From: an uncultured Thermotogae bacterium
GTDB taxonomy: Bacteria > Thermotogota > Thermotogae > Mesoaciditogales > Mesoaciditogaceae
Assembly: GCA_913056255.1 (NCBI GenBank)
Contig: CAJXLN010000006.1
Location: forward strand, 3,108-67,107
Length of the DNA stretch: 64,000 nt
Direction of reading: 5' to 3'
The translations under genes and the position numbers were made by a program. Below, one piece after another: positions 1 to 9,772 of this stretch (the stretch's first letter is position 1; the number at the start of each line of letters is the position of its first letter). The notes below the pieces were generated by a model, which saw nothing but the letters and a program-made list of their open reading frames with translations, did not search any database and had not been told where the DNA came from.

Positions 1-121
1 ACTTAACACTGTACTTACCAAAACGTAAAATGGATCTCTTCGCTTGTGTTTACGTGGATACTCACTTATTATATTCAACAATACACGTTTTGAAGTCTTT
101 TTGTCAAGCATTTTTATTTTT

Positions 122-3100
122 TTATTTTTCACTCTTCAACATATTCGTAACCGAATTTATTATGTCAGATGTTGACATTTTCAGCTCAACACCTGTCAAT
201 GAATTTTGATTCCAATCTCTCACATAAGTCTTTGCCAACTTTTCTTCACCGGCTTTTGTAAAGGTGTAGGTGTAAACATTTTTCAATTGTTCTAAGAAAA
301 GCACTCGATTCTTTTCAAGAGATTCGTAGTCATTTATGAAGCTTTTGATCGTATCATAAAGTTTTTGAAGTTTTTGATTCTTGCTCCACCTATTCAGATC
401 GTTAAGATTCCAGTCGTACGCTGGTTTAAAGATTTCAACTGTATCGTTTATAACGGTCAAAGCTTCCGCATATTGTTTGTGATCTATGAAGCCCTGAGCG
501 AGAGATTTGAATATGTCCATTACGTTTGAGGGCACCGCCCAATATGTCGCTTGCATGTATTTACCAGCCCAAAGATATTTTTTGGATATTTCTTTTATCT
601 TGGCGTACGTCTTTGCATTAAGTGGTGTATCTCTCAATATGTTCTGAATGTATTCAGAGTAAACATTTTCCCATCCATGATAACGATTCCAACCACCCGG
701 AAGTATGTATATAGTTTTGTCATACCACTTTTCCATTTCAGCGAGATTTTCCGCGGCTAATTTTTCATGATGGGTAATCAGTTTTTCAAAATCTTTCTTG
801 AATTTCGGAAATTTCTTGATCGCTTTTTGATAAATTTCAATCCGTTGGCGCTCAAAGTGATAAAGAGTTGAAGAGAATTCCGCGATAAGCCTGTAAGAGT
901 TCTTTTCATCAAAGGAGAGGAAAGATGTTTGCAAATAGTCGATTCCATCGCGATACATCTGCATTTGAATGAGTTGATTTATATTCAAAGCGTTCCAAAG
1001 GCTAACAAGTGAATTTCCGGATTTCACCATTTTCTCAACGAGAAGATAATCGTCAACGTAATTTTCTCTTCGATAAGGAGGATATATGGAAACAGTCATG
1101 GCATTTTGCCCGTAAAAGAATCGCTTTAGAACGTCAAGTTGAAGATCTGTCGATTTTTTCATGGCAGCGTTAAGCTCGTTAACGATATTCTGATCTCTCT
1201 GAGGGAAGGTGGACAAAAGACCAAGGTAAAATTGAGATGTACCTTGCGTCCAGTCCCATGCGATAGAATCGTTGAAGTAACTTACAGATTTGCTGTATGA
1301 TTTGTATTCCTGCTTTTTAAAAGTACTGATGTTTTTCTCAAGATTAAGCTTGGCATTGTTCAAATTGTTCAATTGACTGTTGTACTCCTGCTCGCGCTGC
1401 TGTTCCAACTGGATGGAAGCTTGAGTCTGATTTATATTTGGGTTTGTTCTTAATAATGCCGAAATGCGCGAGCTTATATATGTCTTTGGTTCCAAATAAG
1501 CGTATTCTCCTTTGTAAGACTTGAGATTTTCAATCGCTTTTGTCACGGCTTGAATTTGAGCAGAAGCGTGCTCAATTGCTTTTTGATAAGCACTTATGTA
1601 TTGATAATTGATGTTGCCTTTGAGAAAATAAACCTCGCTTACAAAATTTGTAGTTTTCAGTACAGCAGCCATACCGGATACGGCAAGTGTAATAAGTGCA
1701 ACGGTCATGAATTTACCTTTGTCAAGCACTAACTTCCACGTGTAATCTCCATCTTTATTGAAGAGATTGGAATTCAAAAAGGCGAGCAAAAACATGAGCG
1801 TCATGGAATTTGGCATAAGATGTTCGGCAAAAGAGAGTACACTTGTCATGATCGTTACCAACGCTCCAGAAGCAAGCATCATCATGAGATAAGCGTTATC
1901 TTCAGATTGTTTTTTTAAGATCCTGAGATAACTCAAAAGTAAAGCAATCAGTGTGAAGATAATTGCGAGGAAACCTATTATTCCGGTTTCTCCAAGAACT
2001 TGCATGTAATCGTTATGAGTTCTTTTGAAATTATTCCACGCGATGATCAGTTGAGGGTGGTGATGAACCGCGACACCCAGGTAGTGCAAAACATTGGTTT
2101 GATATGTACCTATCCCTTGTCCCACAATTGGATGATCTTTCCACTGATAGAAGGATGCCCACCATGCCAAAAAACGCTGCTGTCCACTTCCTCCTGAGAC
2201 AGTGGCAGACGATATAGTTGAAGCTCTACCGAATAAGCTGAACTTTCCACCGGTAAAAGGACCGGGAATTGAATAGAGAAAGAATTCTAAAATCACGGCT
2301 GCGATCATAACCACAAGCAAAGTCTTTGAAAGTCCATTCGATTTTTTGTAAAATGCCTTCAATTCCGTACTTTGAACGGATCTTTTGTCACCTTTTGAGT
2401 GAAAGTTGTGATAATAAGTATAACTCAATGCGACAAATACCAAAGATAGTGGTACCGCAATATAATCTCCCCTGGTTTGTGCAAAGATTATCACCGCTAT
2501 CATGGCTATTGCTTCAACAGTGACGAGTGCCTTTATAGTGGCGAGCTTTACGTACACAGACCTTGCATTTTCTTTGGTGATCTTGAAACCCAGGGTCTTC
2601 GACTTCAAAAAATAGAAAGCCACGAATAACATGACTCCCAGGTAGTCCGGTACGAAGTCTGGATTTCCTATTGTGGCTCGAACATTCATTCTCGTGTAAG
2701 GGTTGCCAACGTGTCCAAGCCAGATATCCCATCCCAAATAGAAATTCAAGAAAGCATCAAGGGTTATAAAACCAGCACTTATAAGCAACACACCAAGAAT
2801 ATTGATCATGATACGCTTATCCTTCACCCTGTTTATCAAATAAACAGCGAAGAAAAAAGTCATGACGATGTACATGGAAACTTGAAATGAATATCTTAAA
2901 TATGGAACATCAGTCATGGCAACACTGATCAAAGATAAGATCGTCGCAAGGGCAAAGAGGCCCCATCCTATTGCTGGTAAAGGTATATTGATCGTGATTT
3001 TATTTTTCTTAGTTCTGAAAACGGCAGCCAAAAAAACTATGAAAGCCAAAATCGAGAAAAATGCGTATTTTTGAGTACTATACTCGTAGGTCCATTGAGG

Positions 3101-3199
3101 TATCGTTAATATGGGAGTGACCAAAGCTATTAAATATAGGCTGTATTCCTCAAACTTGGATATTTGAGGTGCGGTTGTATATTCATTCGCGTTCATCAA
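122..3199 (-). CDS. Large polytopic membrane protein with an O-antigen ligase/polymerase (Wzy_C-like) domain and a long non-membrane C-terminal region
   Basis: 1025-aa ORF. The N-terminal ~500 aa contain many hydrophobic helices and the Wzy_C-like signature THNDYMQVLGETGIIGF. The C-terminal ~520 aa are hydrophilic and rich in coiled-coil or repeat-like sequence. Confidence 0.6.
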   Translation of the reverse strand: MMNANEYTTAPQISKFEEYSLYLIALVTPILTIPQWTYEYSTQKYAFFSILAFIVFLAAVFRTKKNKITINIPLPAIGWGLFALATILSLISVAMTDVPYLRYSFQVSMYIVMTFFFAVYLINRVKDKRIMINILGVLLISAGFITLDAFLNFYLGWDIWLGHVGNPYTRMNVRATIGNPDFVPDYLGVMLFVAFYFLKSKTLGFKITKENARSVYVKLATIKALVTVEAIAMIAVIIFAQTRGDYIAVPLSLVFVALSYTYYHNFHSKGDKRSVQSTELKAFYKKSNGLSKTLLVVMIAAVILEFFLYSIPGPFTGGKFSLFGRASTISSATVSGGSGQQRFLAWWASFYQWKDHPIVGQGIGTYQTNVLHYLGVAVHHHPQLIIAWNNFKRTHNDYMQVLGETGIIGFLAIIFTLIALLLSYLRILKKQSEDNAYLMMMLASGALVTIMTSVLSFAEHLMPNSMTLMFLLAFLNSNLFNKDGDYTWKLVLDKGKFMTVALITLAVSGMAAVLKTTNFVSEVYFLKGNINYQYISAYQKAIEHASAQIQAVTKAIENLKSYKGEYAYLEPKTYISSRISALLRTNPNINQTQASIQLEQQREQEYNSQLNNLNNAKLNLEKNISTFKKQEYKSYSKSVSYFNDSIAWDWTQGTSQFYLGLLSTFPQRDQNIVNELNAAMKKSTDLQLDVLKRFFYGQNAMTVSIYPPYRRENYVDDYLLVEKMVKSGNSLVSLWNALNINQLIQMQMYRDGIDYLQTSFLSFDEKNSYRLIAEFSSTLYHFERQRIEIYQKAIKKFPKFKKDFEKLITHHEKLAAENLAEMEKWYDKTIYILPGGWNRYHGWENVYSEYIQNILRDTPLNAKTYAKIKEISKKYLWAGKYMQATYWAVPSNVMDIFKSLAQGFIDHKQYAEALTVINDTVEIFKPAYDWNLNDLNRWSKNQKLQKLYDTIKSFINDYESLEKNRVLFLEQLKNVYTYTFTKAGEEKLAKTYVRDWNQNSLTGVELKMSTSDIINSVTNMLKSEK

Positions 3200-3270
3200 A
3201 GCATCTACCTACCTCTCAAATTGGTTTCACACCACGGGATTATATCATTTTTTCATTGAAAAATACATCT

Positions 3271-3786
3271 TCACAAAACAGAAATCAGCATGCCAGCTAC
3301 GGCAGCTCCAAGAATGATATACACCGGATCGATCTTGGTTTTAATGAAGAACAAGAATGAAAATGCGGCAATTAAAAACGTGGTGAATTCCAGGTGATGA
3401 GAGCTTATCAGTGTGTACAAAGTCAAAATAACGAGTGATGATGCCCCAACTCTAAGTGCATCGTTGAGTCTTTCTTTATCAAGCTTGATAAATCTTCCAA
3501 AAAAACCTACTGCAAAAATGACGATTATGGGTGGCAGCAATATTCCCAAAGTTGACACGAGCGCTCCCAATACTCCGCAAATTTTGAATCCAACGTAAGT
3601 TGCAATGTTAACTGCCACAGGACCAGGAGTTAATTGCGAAACTGAAATGATGTGAGTGAATTCTTCTGGAGAAAGCCAGCCTTTCCCAACGATATTGTTG
3701 GCTATTACTCCAACTATTGACCATCCACCTCCAAAAGCAAGGAAACCAATTTTAAAAAAAACCCAAAAAAGAGCTACGCTCTCCAT
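3271..3786 (-). CDS. Chromate transporter (CHR family), short-chain half, C-terminal partner
   Basis: 171-aa hydrophobic ORF with the CHR-like motif FLAFGGGWSIVG. It overlaps the preceding CHR half-gene by 13 nt. Confidence 0.75.
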   Translation of the reverse strand: MESVALFWVFFKIGFLAFGGGWSIVGVIANNIVGKGWLSPEEFTHIISVSQLTPGPVAVNIATYVGFKICGVLGALVSTLGILLPPIIVIFAVGFFGRFIKLDKERLNDALRVGASSLVILTLYTLISSHHLEFTTFLIAAFSFLFFIKTKIDPVYIILGAAVAGMLISVL

Positions 3787-4367
3787 TTCTTGTCTCCTGC
3801 ATAGACGATGATCACGATTATTACAAACAAAAATATCACATAGGAGCTTCCAAACGCCATCAACAATGCACCCAAAATCATGATCGAGATCTCAAAATAA
3901 TTCCATTTTCTCGTCTGAATCATTCTGTACAAAACTCCGCCAATAAGTCCCAGGATAGCTCCGAAGGCACCTTTCAAAAAGCCTTTCACCCATATCGAGT
4001 TGGAGAATCTCGTCAAAAAGGCTCCGATCAACACGATCGTAAAAAAGGGTGGAATTATCACACCTGTAGCAGCGGCAATGCTTCCTCTCCATCCTCCCAC
4101 TTCTTTCCCTATTGTGATGGAAAGATTGAAAGCAATTGGGCCTGGAATAGATTGAGCTTTTGCCAGGAAATTGTAAAAATCTTTTTGATCGATCCAGCCT
4201 TTTTTTCCCAAACGTCTGGCTAAAACTGGGACCATTGCATACCCACCCCCTATCGTGAGTGCGGATATTTTGAAAAATGTGACAAAAACTGTTAAGGGAT
4301 TGATCTCTGAATTCACTGAATTCACAAAAAGCCTCCAAAAAAAATCGATATGGGTATTATTTGACAC
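3774..4367 (-). CDS. Chromate transporter (CHR family), short-chain half, N-terminal partner
   Basis: 197-aa hydrophobic ORF with LTIGGGYAMVPVL and QSIPGPIAFN motifs typical of CHR proteins. It forms a pair with the downstream half-gene. Confidence 0.75.
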   Translation of the reverse strand: MSNNTHIDFFWRLFVNSVNSEINPLTVFVTFFKISALTIGGGYAMVPVLARRLGKKGWIDQKDFYNFLAKAQSIPGPIAFNLSITIGKEVGGWRGSIAAATGVIIPPFFTIVLIGAFLTRFSNSIWVKGFLKGAFGAILGLIGGVLYRMIQTRKWNYFEISIMILGALLMAFGSSYVIFLFVIIVIIVYAGDKKWRA

Positions 4368-4422
4368 CCTTTTAATTATGCATTATAACGCATCACCTTA
4401 GAAACGCACATCTGGATTTTTC

Positions 4423-5214
4423 GTGTTCAAAGTTGGTGGTATAATTAAAAATGAGGTGAAAGAATTGGAATTTATAAGATATATCCGTATTCTGATAGGT
4501 TTTCTTATCTACATGGCCTACGCACCTTTTTTTACACGAAAAGTGTTCAGACTCAATGGCAAAGACAGAGAAGAGTACATACGTTTTCACGTTTCCAGGT
4601 GGGGAAGAAGAGCTTTTAAATGGTCTAAGAGTGAAGTAAAAATCATCAATGCACAAAATATTCCCCAGAATGGACCTTACATAATAGTTGCAAATCATAG
4701 AAGTATGTTAGACGTGAGTTTGATACAAGGATACATAAATCCACATGCGGGATTTTTGGCTAAAAAGGAGCTCGATCATTTTTTCAGTATAGGTGTTTTT
4801 ATAAGATCTTTGGGAGGTGAACTTATAGATCGCAATAACCCGAGAGATGCCGTTCGAGCGATAAATAATTTAATCAAACGCATGAAAAGTGAGAAGCAGG
4901 TGGTCGCTCTTTTTCCAGAGGGAACACGAAGCGTGGATAGAAAAGTTCATGAATTTAAAGGAGGATCCATGAAAATCGTCATGAAATCAGGAGTACCTGT
5001 CGTTCCAATTGCGATTGTCGGAACGGATAAATCCATGCCAAAAGGCACTTTCTACATACGCAAAGCCAATATCAAAGTTTCAGTGCTTCCACCGATTTCT
5101 CCGGAATCATTCAAAAATATGAAAACGGTCGAATTTGCGAATTTGCTAAGAGAAATGATCTCCAAAGAGATTAAAAAAATCGAAGGAGGCGAGGAACTTG
5201 TTAAAAGAGGTTAA
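4423..5214 (+). CDS. plsC: 1-acyl-sn-glycerol-3-phosphate acyltransferase
   Basis: Acyltransferase HXXXXD box (NHRSMLD) and FPEGTRS motif. The exact start is uncertain. Confidence 0.75.
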   Translation: MFKVGGIIKNEVKELEFIRYIRILIGFLIYMAYAPFFTRKVFRLNGKDREEYIRFHVSRWGRRAFKWSKSEVKIINAQNIPQNGPYIIVANHRSMLDVSLIQGYINPHAGFLAKKELDHFFSIGVFIRSLGGELIDRNNPRDAVRAINNLIKRMKSEKQVVALFPEGTRSVDRKVHEFKGGSMKIVMKSGVPVVPIAIVGTDKSMPKGTFYIRKANIKVSVLPPISPESFKNMKTVEFANLLREMISKEIKKIEGGEELVKRG

Positions 5215-5776
5215 AGTCAAAGCTTTAGTCCTTGATAAAAATCATAACACACCGGTAGTTATCCTGGGAACGGATGATAATCCTATGGTCCTGCCAATAT
5301 GGATAGGTTCTTGCGAAGCGATGGCTCTTTCTTTAGCACTCGAAAACGCCGATTTTCCGAGGCCTCTAACTCACGATCTGCTTGTTAACACTATCGAGGC
5401 TCTCGATGCACAAGTTTTCAAAGTCGTTATAGACTCATTGCGTGATAATACGTATTACGCCAAATTGGTGATCAAAGATCTGGCATATTCTGATTTGGAA
5501 GATGATCCAGGTGCCATGATCGAAATCGATTGTCGTCCATCTGATGCCATTGTGATAGCCACAAAGAAGAATATCCCGATTTACACATCCGATGAGATTA
5601 TGCTTGAAGGTGGCATTAAGCTCAGTGAAAATCCGCAAAAAGAAGATGAAGAGGAATTCAATAAATTCGTTGAAAACATGCACATAGAAGACTTTCGTAA
5701 TTATTTTCGAGATGCTGAAAATGAGAATAAGGACGAGAAAAAGGACGAGGAAAATGGAGGAGAAGAAGATTCCTGA
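5198..5776 (+). CDS. Bifunctional nuclease family protein (DUF151/BFN) with an acidic C-terminal tail
   Basis: Motifs VLPIWIGSCEAMAL, RPLTHDL and DCRPSDAIVIA match the DUF151 family. The tail is rich in E, D and K. Confidence 0.65.
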   Translation: MLKEVKVKALVLDKNHNTPVVILGTDDNPMVLPIWIGSCEAMALSLALENADFPRPLTHDLLVNTIEALDAQVFKVVIDSLRDNTYYAKLVIKDLAYSDLEDDPGAMIEIDCRPSDAIVIATKKNIPIYTSDEIMLEGGIKLSENPQKEDEEEFNKFVENMHIEDFRNYFRDAENENKDEKKDEENGGEEDS

Positions 5777-6572
5777 ATTTGAAATTGAAAAATACATTCA
5801 TTCCCTTCACCTTCACCCAATTCTCGAAAAAGCAGCGCTCTACACTTTGATGTTGCCAGGCAAGCGCTTAAGGCCTAATTTTTTAACGGCCAGCGCTGAA
5901 GACTTTAGGGTGAGTAAAAAAACAACTTCGAAGGCTGCTATGGCAATAGAAATGATGCACGCCGCATCTTTAATTCACGATGATTTGCCAGCAGTGGATA
6001 ACGATAATTACAGACGTGGTAAACCTTCTAATCATGTTGTATTTGGCGAAGACGTGGCAATCATGGCTGGAGATTTACTGTTCTCCACAGCGCTTCACCT
6101 TTGTGAGGAAATAGATGAGTCTGTATCAGTGGCATTCTCAAAAACGCTTGTTGATCTTGTGGATGGAGAAACCCGAGATATAATCATGTCAAAAAGTAAT
6201 GATGTGACCGTCGATGAAATCGTTGAAATGTACAGAAAAAAAACTGGCGCTCTCTTTGCTTTTGCTTTCTCGTTTGGGCCAAGGATTGCAAAACAAAGCA
6301 CCGAAAAATATGAAGAGGCAGGATACAATTTCGGGGTGAGTTTTCAAATATTAGATGATATTTTAGACGTGACTTCAACCTTTGAGAAGATCGGAAAAAC
6401 TCCTCAAAAAGATGCCGAACAGCACAAAGCCACTTTAGTTCAGAAAATAGGTGTTGAAGATTCCCATAAAATCGCCGATACTCTTTATAGAAAGGTTTTG
6501 CTGAACTTGAAGGACTCTGAAAAACTTTTAAAAGAAGTAAAAAAATCGGAGAAACTGTTGAGGAAGAGATAA
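5754..6572 (+). CDS. Polyprenyl diphosphate synthase (farnesyl/geranylgeranyl diphosphate synthase type)
   Basis: First Asp-rich motif LIHDDLPAVDNDNYRRG and second FQILDDILD. Start moved to the ATG at 5754 (MEEKKIPE), which avoids an Arg/Lys-rich out-of-context N-terminus. Confidence 0.85.
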   Translation: MEEKKIPEFEIEKYIHSLHLHPILEKAALYTLMLPGKRLRPNFLTASAEDFRVSKKTTSKAAMAIEMMHAASLIHDDLPAVDNDNYRRGKPSNHVVFGEDVAIMAGDLLFSTALHLCEEIDESVSVAFSKTLVDLVDGETRDIIMSKSNDVTVDEIVEMYRKKTGALFAFAFSFGPRIAKQSTEKYEEAGYNFGVSFQILDDILDVTSTFEKIGKTPQKDAEQHKATLVQKIGVEDSHKIADTLYRKVLLNLKDSEKLLKEVKKSEKLLRKR

Positions 6573-6573
6573 A

Positions 6574-8973
6574 TTGAAGGTTCCCAAAATTGGTCATTTT
6601 TTCAATCATTTTGTTTTTTTAAAAAAGACCATCAAAAACAAAAAAATTTTAATAGGAATAGTCGTCATTTTGTGCTTCGTTATAGCCTTTTATGTTTACA
6701 ATGCGCATCGTTCGAAAACGGGGAAATCAGTCACAATCTTGGCAGAGGTACATGCTGCAAAGGGGGTACTCGATCCGGGGGATGAAGTGACCGTGTCATT
6801 GGTTGCATCTCGCACTTCTGCATATACAGAAGCAGAAACAGCTGCCAGTTTTGTTGGAAATCTTTACAAGATCGCATGGAAAAGTGGTCTCAAAACGATG
6901 ACACGTGCTCCAGTGGAAGTTTGGATTCCTATCCCTTCAAAATATTATTTTGGAGATGATAGTTCGAATCTGAATGCGATTGAAATAGTCAACGGTATGC
7001 CATATCCATTTTATGGAGGGCAAATCAGAACGAAGAATGGAATTCGTTATTTAGAGGTTTTGACGTACTTTCCCGGAATCGTTGGAATAACTTTAAAGCA
7101 GAATGATTCAAACTACGGGTTCAAGTTGATCAGGAAGGTTTCGGATAACTCACCAAATCTCGTGATAATACCTGGAAGTAACATCAACTTTGCTGGAAAC
7201 ATTTCCGGAATTGATCAGAATGTGTGGGCACAGAATTTTCCGAATTGTAACGTTTATGTGTTTTCCTATCTGTTAACTTCTACCAGAAGCTTGTCCTACA
7301 CTGCAAAAATCATTAATTATTTTCAAAAAACGGGAGTTGACAGCTACACTCAATATATTGGCAAAACAATAGCTGATCTTCTTGCAACTCTTAAAGGTAA
7401 AACTTACATCATAGCTCAGGGAATTGGTGGATTGATAGCAAGATACGCCGTCCAATCGAATTCGGAACTCAAAGGGGTAAAAAAAGTCGTGCTCTTCGAT
7501 ACTCCAAATTCGGGGACGAGTTTTGCATCTCCCTACATGTTAAGCAACTTGTACAATGCGGGGGGAGATTTTGTAAGTCGTAAATTTTCTCTGAAATCAG
7601 AAACTTTTGAATACGCTATAAACATCTCAACGTCTTATTTGCGACTGCTCAATTTTTTTGCAAAAGATATTTCATTAAACTCCGCCTTCTTATCACGTTT
7701 GAATGATACTCCGAAACCAACGGCAACCGTTTTCCTATCCATTGTTGGCACAAAACCGAATATTCCTATACATAGCGAGGAAATGAAAAGTTATTTCCCA
7801 CAGTTGATCGATGGTGAAGGTGATGGAATTGTCCCTGTGAAGAGTGCACTCTATTTTGGAGATATAAAATTGAAATTTCCCTATTCGTTTTACGACATAT
7901 TCACACATCAGGATGTGCAAAAAGCTCTGAAAAAATTCATAAACAGTGAAGTCACGTCTTCCAAAACAATTTTTAAACCCGATGTTTTCGTCGAAAAGAA
8001 GAGTTCCTCCAATTCTACAGTCAATACGCGAGTATCCACTCCGACTATCCCGACTACCACTTTAAGAAGTTACAAGTATTTATCCGATGGAGATTACTTG
8101 ATTAAACCTGCATCCAATGGAAAATACTTTTCTCAATACTATTCCGTGTTCGTTCCTCAAACCGAAAAAGTGCTAGCGGGTTCAGAAGGAATTTATCTTC
8201 TTTCCAATAATTCGGTGTACTTTTTGTCTTTTGGAGGACATCAGCTCGTTTACAATGGAAGAATTGAATTTTCCAACACTTACGACGATCACTTGTACAT
8301 CGTTACGAATAGCATGCAAGTACTGGAATTTACTGGAAGTGTATCGAGACTAAAATGCAAGCTTCCATTTGACGATTACCAGTCCGTATTTGTAACGGAT
8401 AGAAATATTTATGCACTTGAAAATGGTGCAACATCCACCTTGTTAAAAAATGTGGGTAACAAAGAAACACTTTTGAAAATTCCAGGTAAACACTCAATAA
8501 TGCGATATATTCCATCAGACAAGTCTTTCATAATAGTGAGCGATTCTTACGTTGCCGTCTACAGCGTTAAAAATCATGTGGGAGTATTTTTCGAAAAGAT
8601 GGAAGAGATCATCAAAAAAGCCGGATTCAAGTCCGATCAATCTCTTCCAATAAAATCCGCATATATGAAGGATAATTTGATCTACCTTTTATCGTCGAAT
8701 TACGTTCTCCTTGCTGTGGACATGAAAACTCATGGCGTTCAGGTTATAGGGAATGCAGATATAGGTAACCTGAAGCTGATTCTTTACAAGAACTTGCTCG
8801 TTGTTGTTGGCGTTCGAACGTTGAATATTTATGATACCTTGAACAGGATCAAAGTCCCAGTCTACCAAAGAATTTCAAAAACTGTTGACGCAATTGTTTG
8901 GAATGGAACTATTTTCCTTCTTCACGATAAAGGAGGAAGGTATGAACTTGAAAGATATAAGAGAATTCAATAA
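6574..8973 (+). CDS. Membrane-anchored hypothetical protein with a PGAP1/lipase-like alpha/beta-hydrolase fold region and a beta-rich C-terminal half
   Basis: 799-aa ORF with an N-terminal TM helix. Its central region resembles PGAP1-like hydrolases (AQGIGGLIARY, LFDTPNSGTSFA, GDGIVPVKSA). The C-terminal ~300 aa show repeated beta-strand-like segments. Confidence 0.4.
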   Translation: MKVPKIGHFFNHFVFLKKTIKNKKILIGIVVILCFVIAFYVYNAHRSKTGKSVTILAEVHAAKGVLDPGDEVTVSLVASRTSAYTEAETAASFVGNLYKIAWKSGLKTMTRAPVEVWIPIPSKYYFGDDSSNLNAIEIVNGMPYPFYGGQIRTKNGIRYLEVLTYFPGIVGITLKQNDSNYGFKLIRKVSDNSPNLVIIPGSNINFAGNISGIDQNVWAQNFPNCNVYVFSYLLTSTRSLSYTAKIINYFQKTGVDSYTQYIGKTIADLLATLKGKTYIIAQGIGGLIARYAVQSNSELKGVKKVVLFDTPNSGTSFASPYMLSNLYNAGGDFVSRKFSLKSETFEYAINISTSYLRLLNFFAKDISLNSAFLSRLNDTPKPTATVFLSIVGTKPNIPIHSEEMKSYFPQLIDGEGDGIVPVKSALYFGDIKLKFPYSFYDIFTHQDVQKALKKFINSEVTSSKTIFKPDVFVEKKSSSNSTVNTRVSTPTIPTTTLRSYKYLSDGDYLIKPASNGKYFSQYYSVFVPQTEKVLAGSEGIYLLSNNSVYFLSFGGHQLVYNGRIEFSNTYDDHLYIVTNSMQVLEFTGSVSRLKCKLPFDDYQSVFVTDRNIYALENGATSTLLKNVGNKETLLKIPGKHSIMRYIPSDKSFIIVSDSYVAVYSVKNHVGVFFEKMEEIIKKAGFKSDQSLPIKSAYMKDNLIYLLSSNYVLLAVDMKTHGVQVIGNADIGNLKLILYKNLLVVVGVRTLNIYDTLNRIKVPVYQRISKTVDAIVWNGTIFLLHDKGGRYELERYKRIQ

Positions 8974-9772
8974 GTTTTTTGTGTTTTTACTCCTGTTGAT
9001 AGCACTCACGGTAATCGTTCTTGGAAAAAACATAGATTTTTATTACTCAGAAGGCGTAATGGCCTTCAATACCGGTAATTATCAGAAGGCTGAAAAATTT
9101 TTGAAGATGGCTCTTTTACTGCAGCCATCTCTTGAAAACACATCCAATATTAAATATATGATAGGACTAAGTGCTTTACATATCGGTGATCTCGTTACAG
9201 CCAGGGCTTATCTCCCAGGCAAAAACTTTTCTCATACGAATAATGCCAGTATAAATCAAGTCTCAAGGCGAGATCTTTTAAAAAATATCGTTCAATGGGA
9301 AACGTTGAGTAATCCCATCAAGAAAGACAATGTAAAAAGAAAAACTATTCCCTTATGGGTCGGTTTTTTGATATTTTTCTCCATATTCTCAGTCATCATG
9401 TTGACTTTCTTTCTGTACAAACATAAAAAAATGCGAAAACCTTTTCGCACTTCGCCTCCTATAGCTACAGGAGACGAAGCAACTCTTGAAGACATAGAAA
9501 CATTTGCCAAGAGCGAGACACCATCACCAATGGATATTTCAGTGGAAAAACCATCAGATATGCCCTCTGAAGAGGAGATAAGGACTAAATTGGAAAACTT
9601 GTTGGAAGAAAGCAAGGGCCCTAAAACAGAAAAAGTACAAACGAAAATAATAGAGGAACCTGAGAAAATAGTTCAAACTGTGAACGATGACGCTTCGGAT
9701 AATGAACTGGTTGATCTTACAAAAGCCGTTCAAGAAATATTATCAAAAGAATCCGAGAATTCCAAAACGTAA
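8942..9772 (+). CDS. TPR-repeat membrane protein with an acidic C-terminal region
   Basis: The start at ATG 8942 is preceded by AAAGGAGGAAGG. There is an N-terminal TM, TPR-like sequence (YQKAEKFLKMALLLQP), a second TM (IPLWVGFLIFFSIFSVIMLTFFLY), and an acidic tail. Confidence 0.4.
   Translation: MNLKDIREFNKFFVFLLLLIALTVIVLGKNIDFYYSEGVMAFNTGNYQKAEKFLKMALLLQPSLENTSNIKYMIGLSALHIGDLVTARAYLPGKNFSHTNNASINQVSRRDLLKNIVQWETLSNPIKKDNVKRKTIPLWVGFLIFFSIFSVIMLTFFLYKHKKMRKPFRTSPPIATGDEATLEDIETFAKSETPSPMDISVEKPSDMPSEEEIRTKLENLLEESKGPKTEKVQTKIIEEPEKIVQTVNDDASDNELVDLTKAVQEILSKESENSKT

Noticed and set aside
30-206. Small plus-strand ORF (about 58 aa) at the left edge, and a TTGACA-18-TATTGT element on the minus strand near 70-105
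   Set aside because: The ORF overlaps the 3' end of the 1025-aa gene on the opposite strand and has no RBS. The promoter-like element would serve a gene outside the window and cannot be evaluated.
3892-4338. 148-aa alternative-frame ORF within the upstream chromate-transporter half-gene
   Set aside because: It is on the same strand in a different frame, its hydrophilic Arg/Cys-rich product has no motif, and the CHR frame is clearly the coding one.
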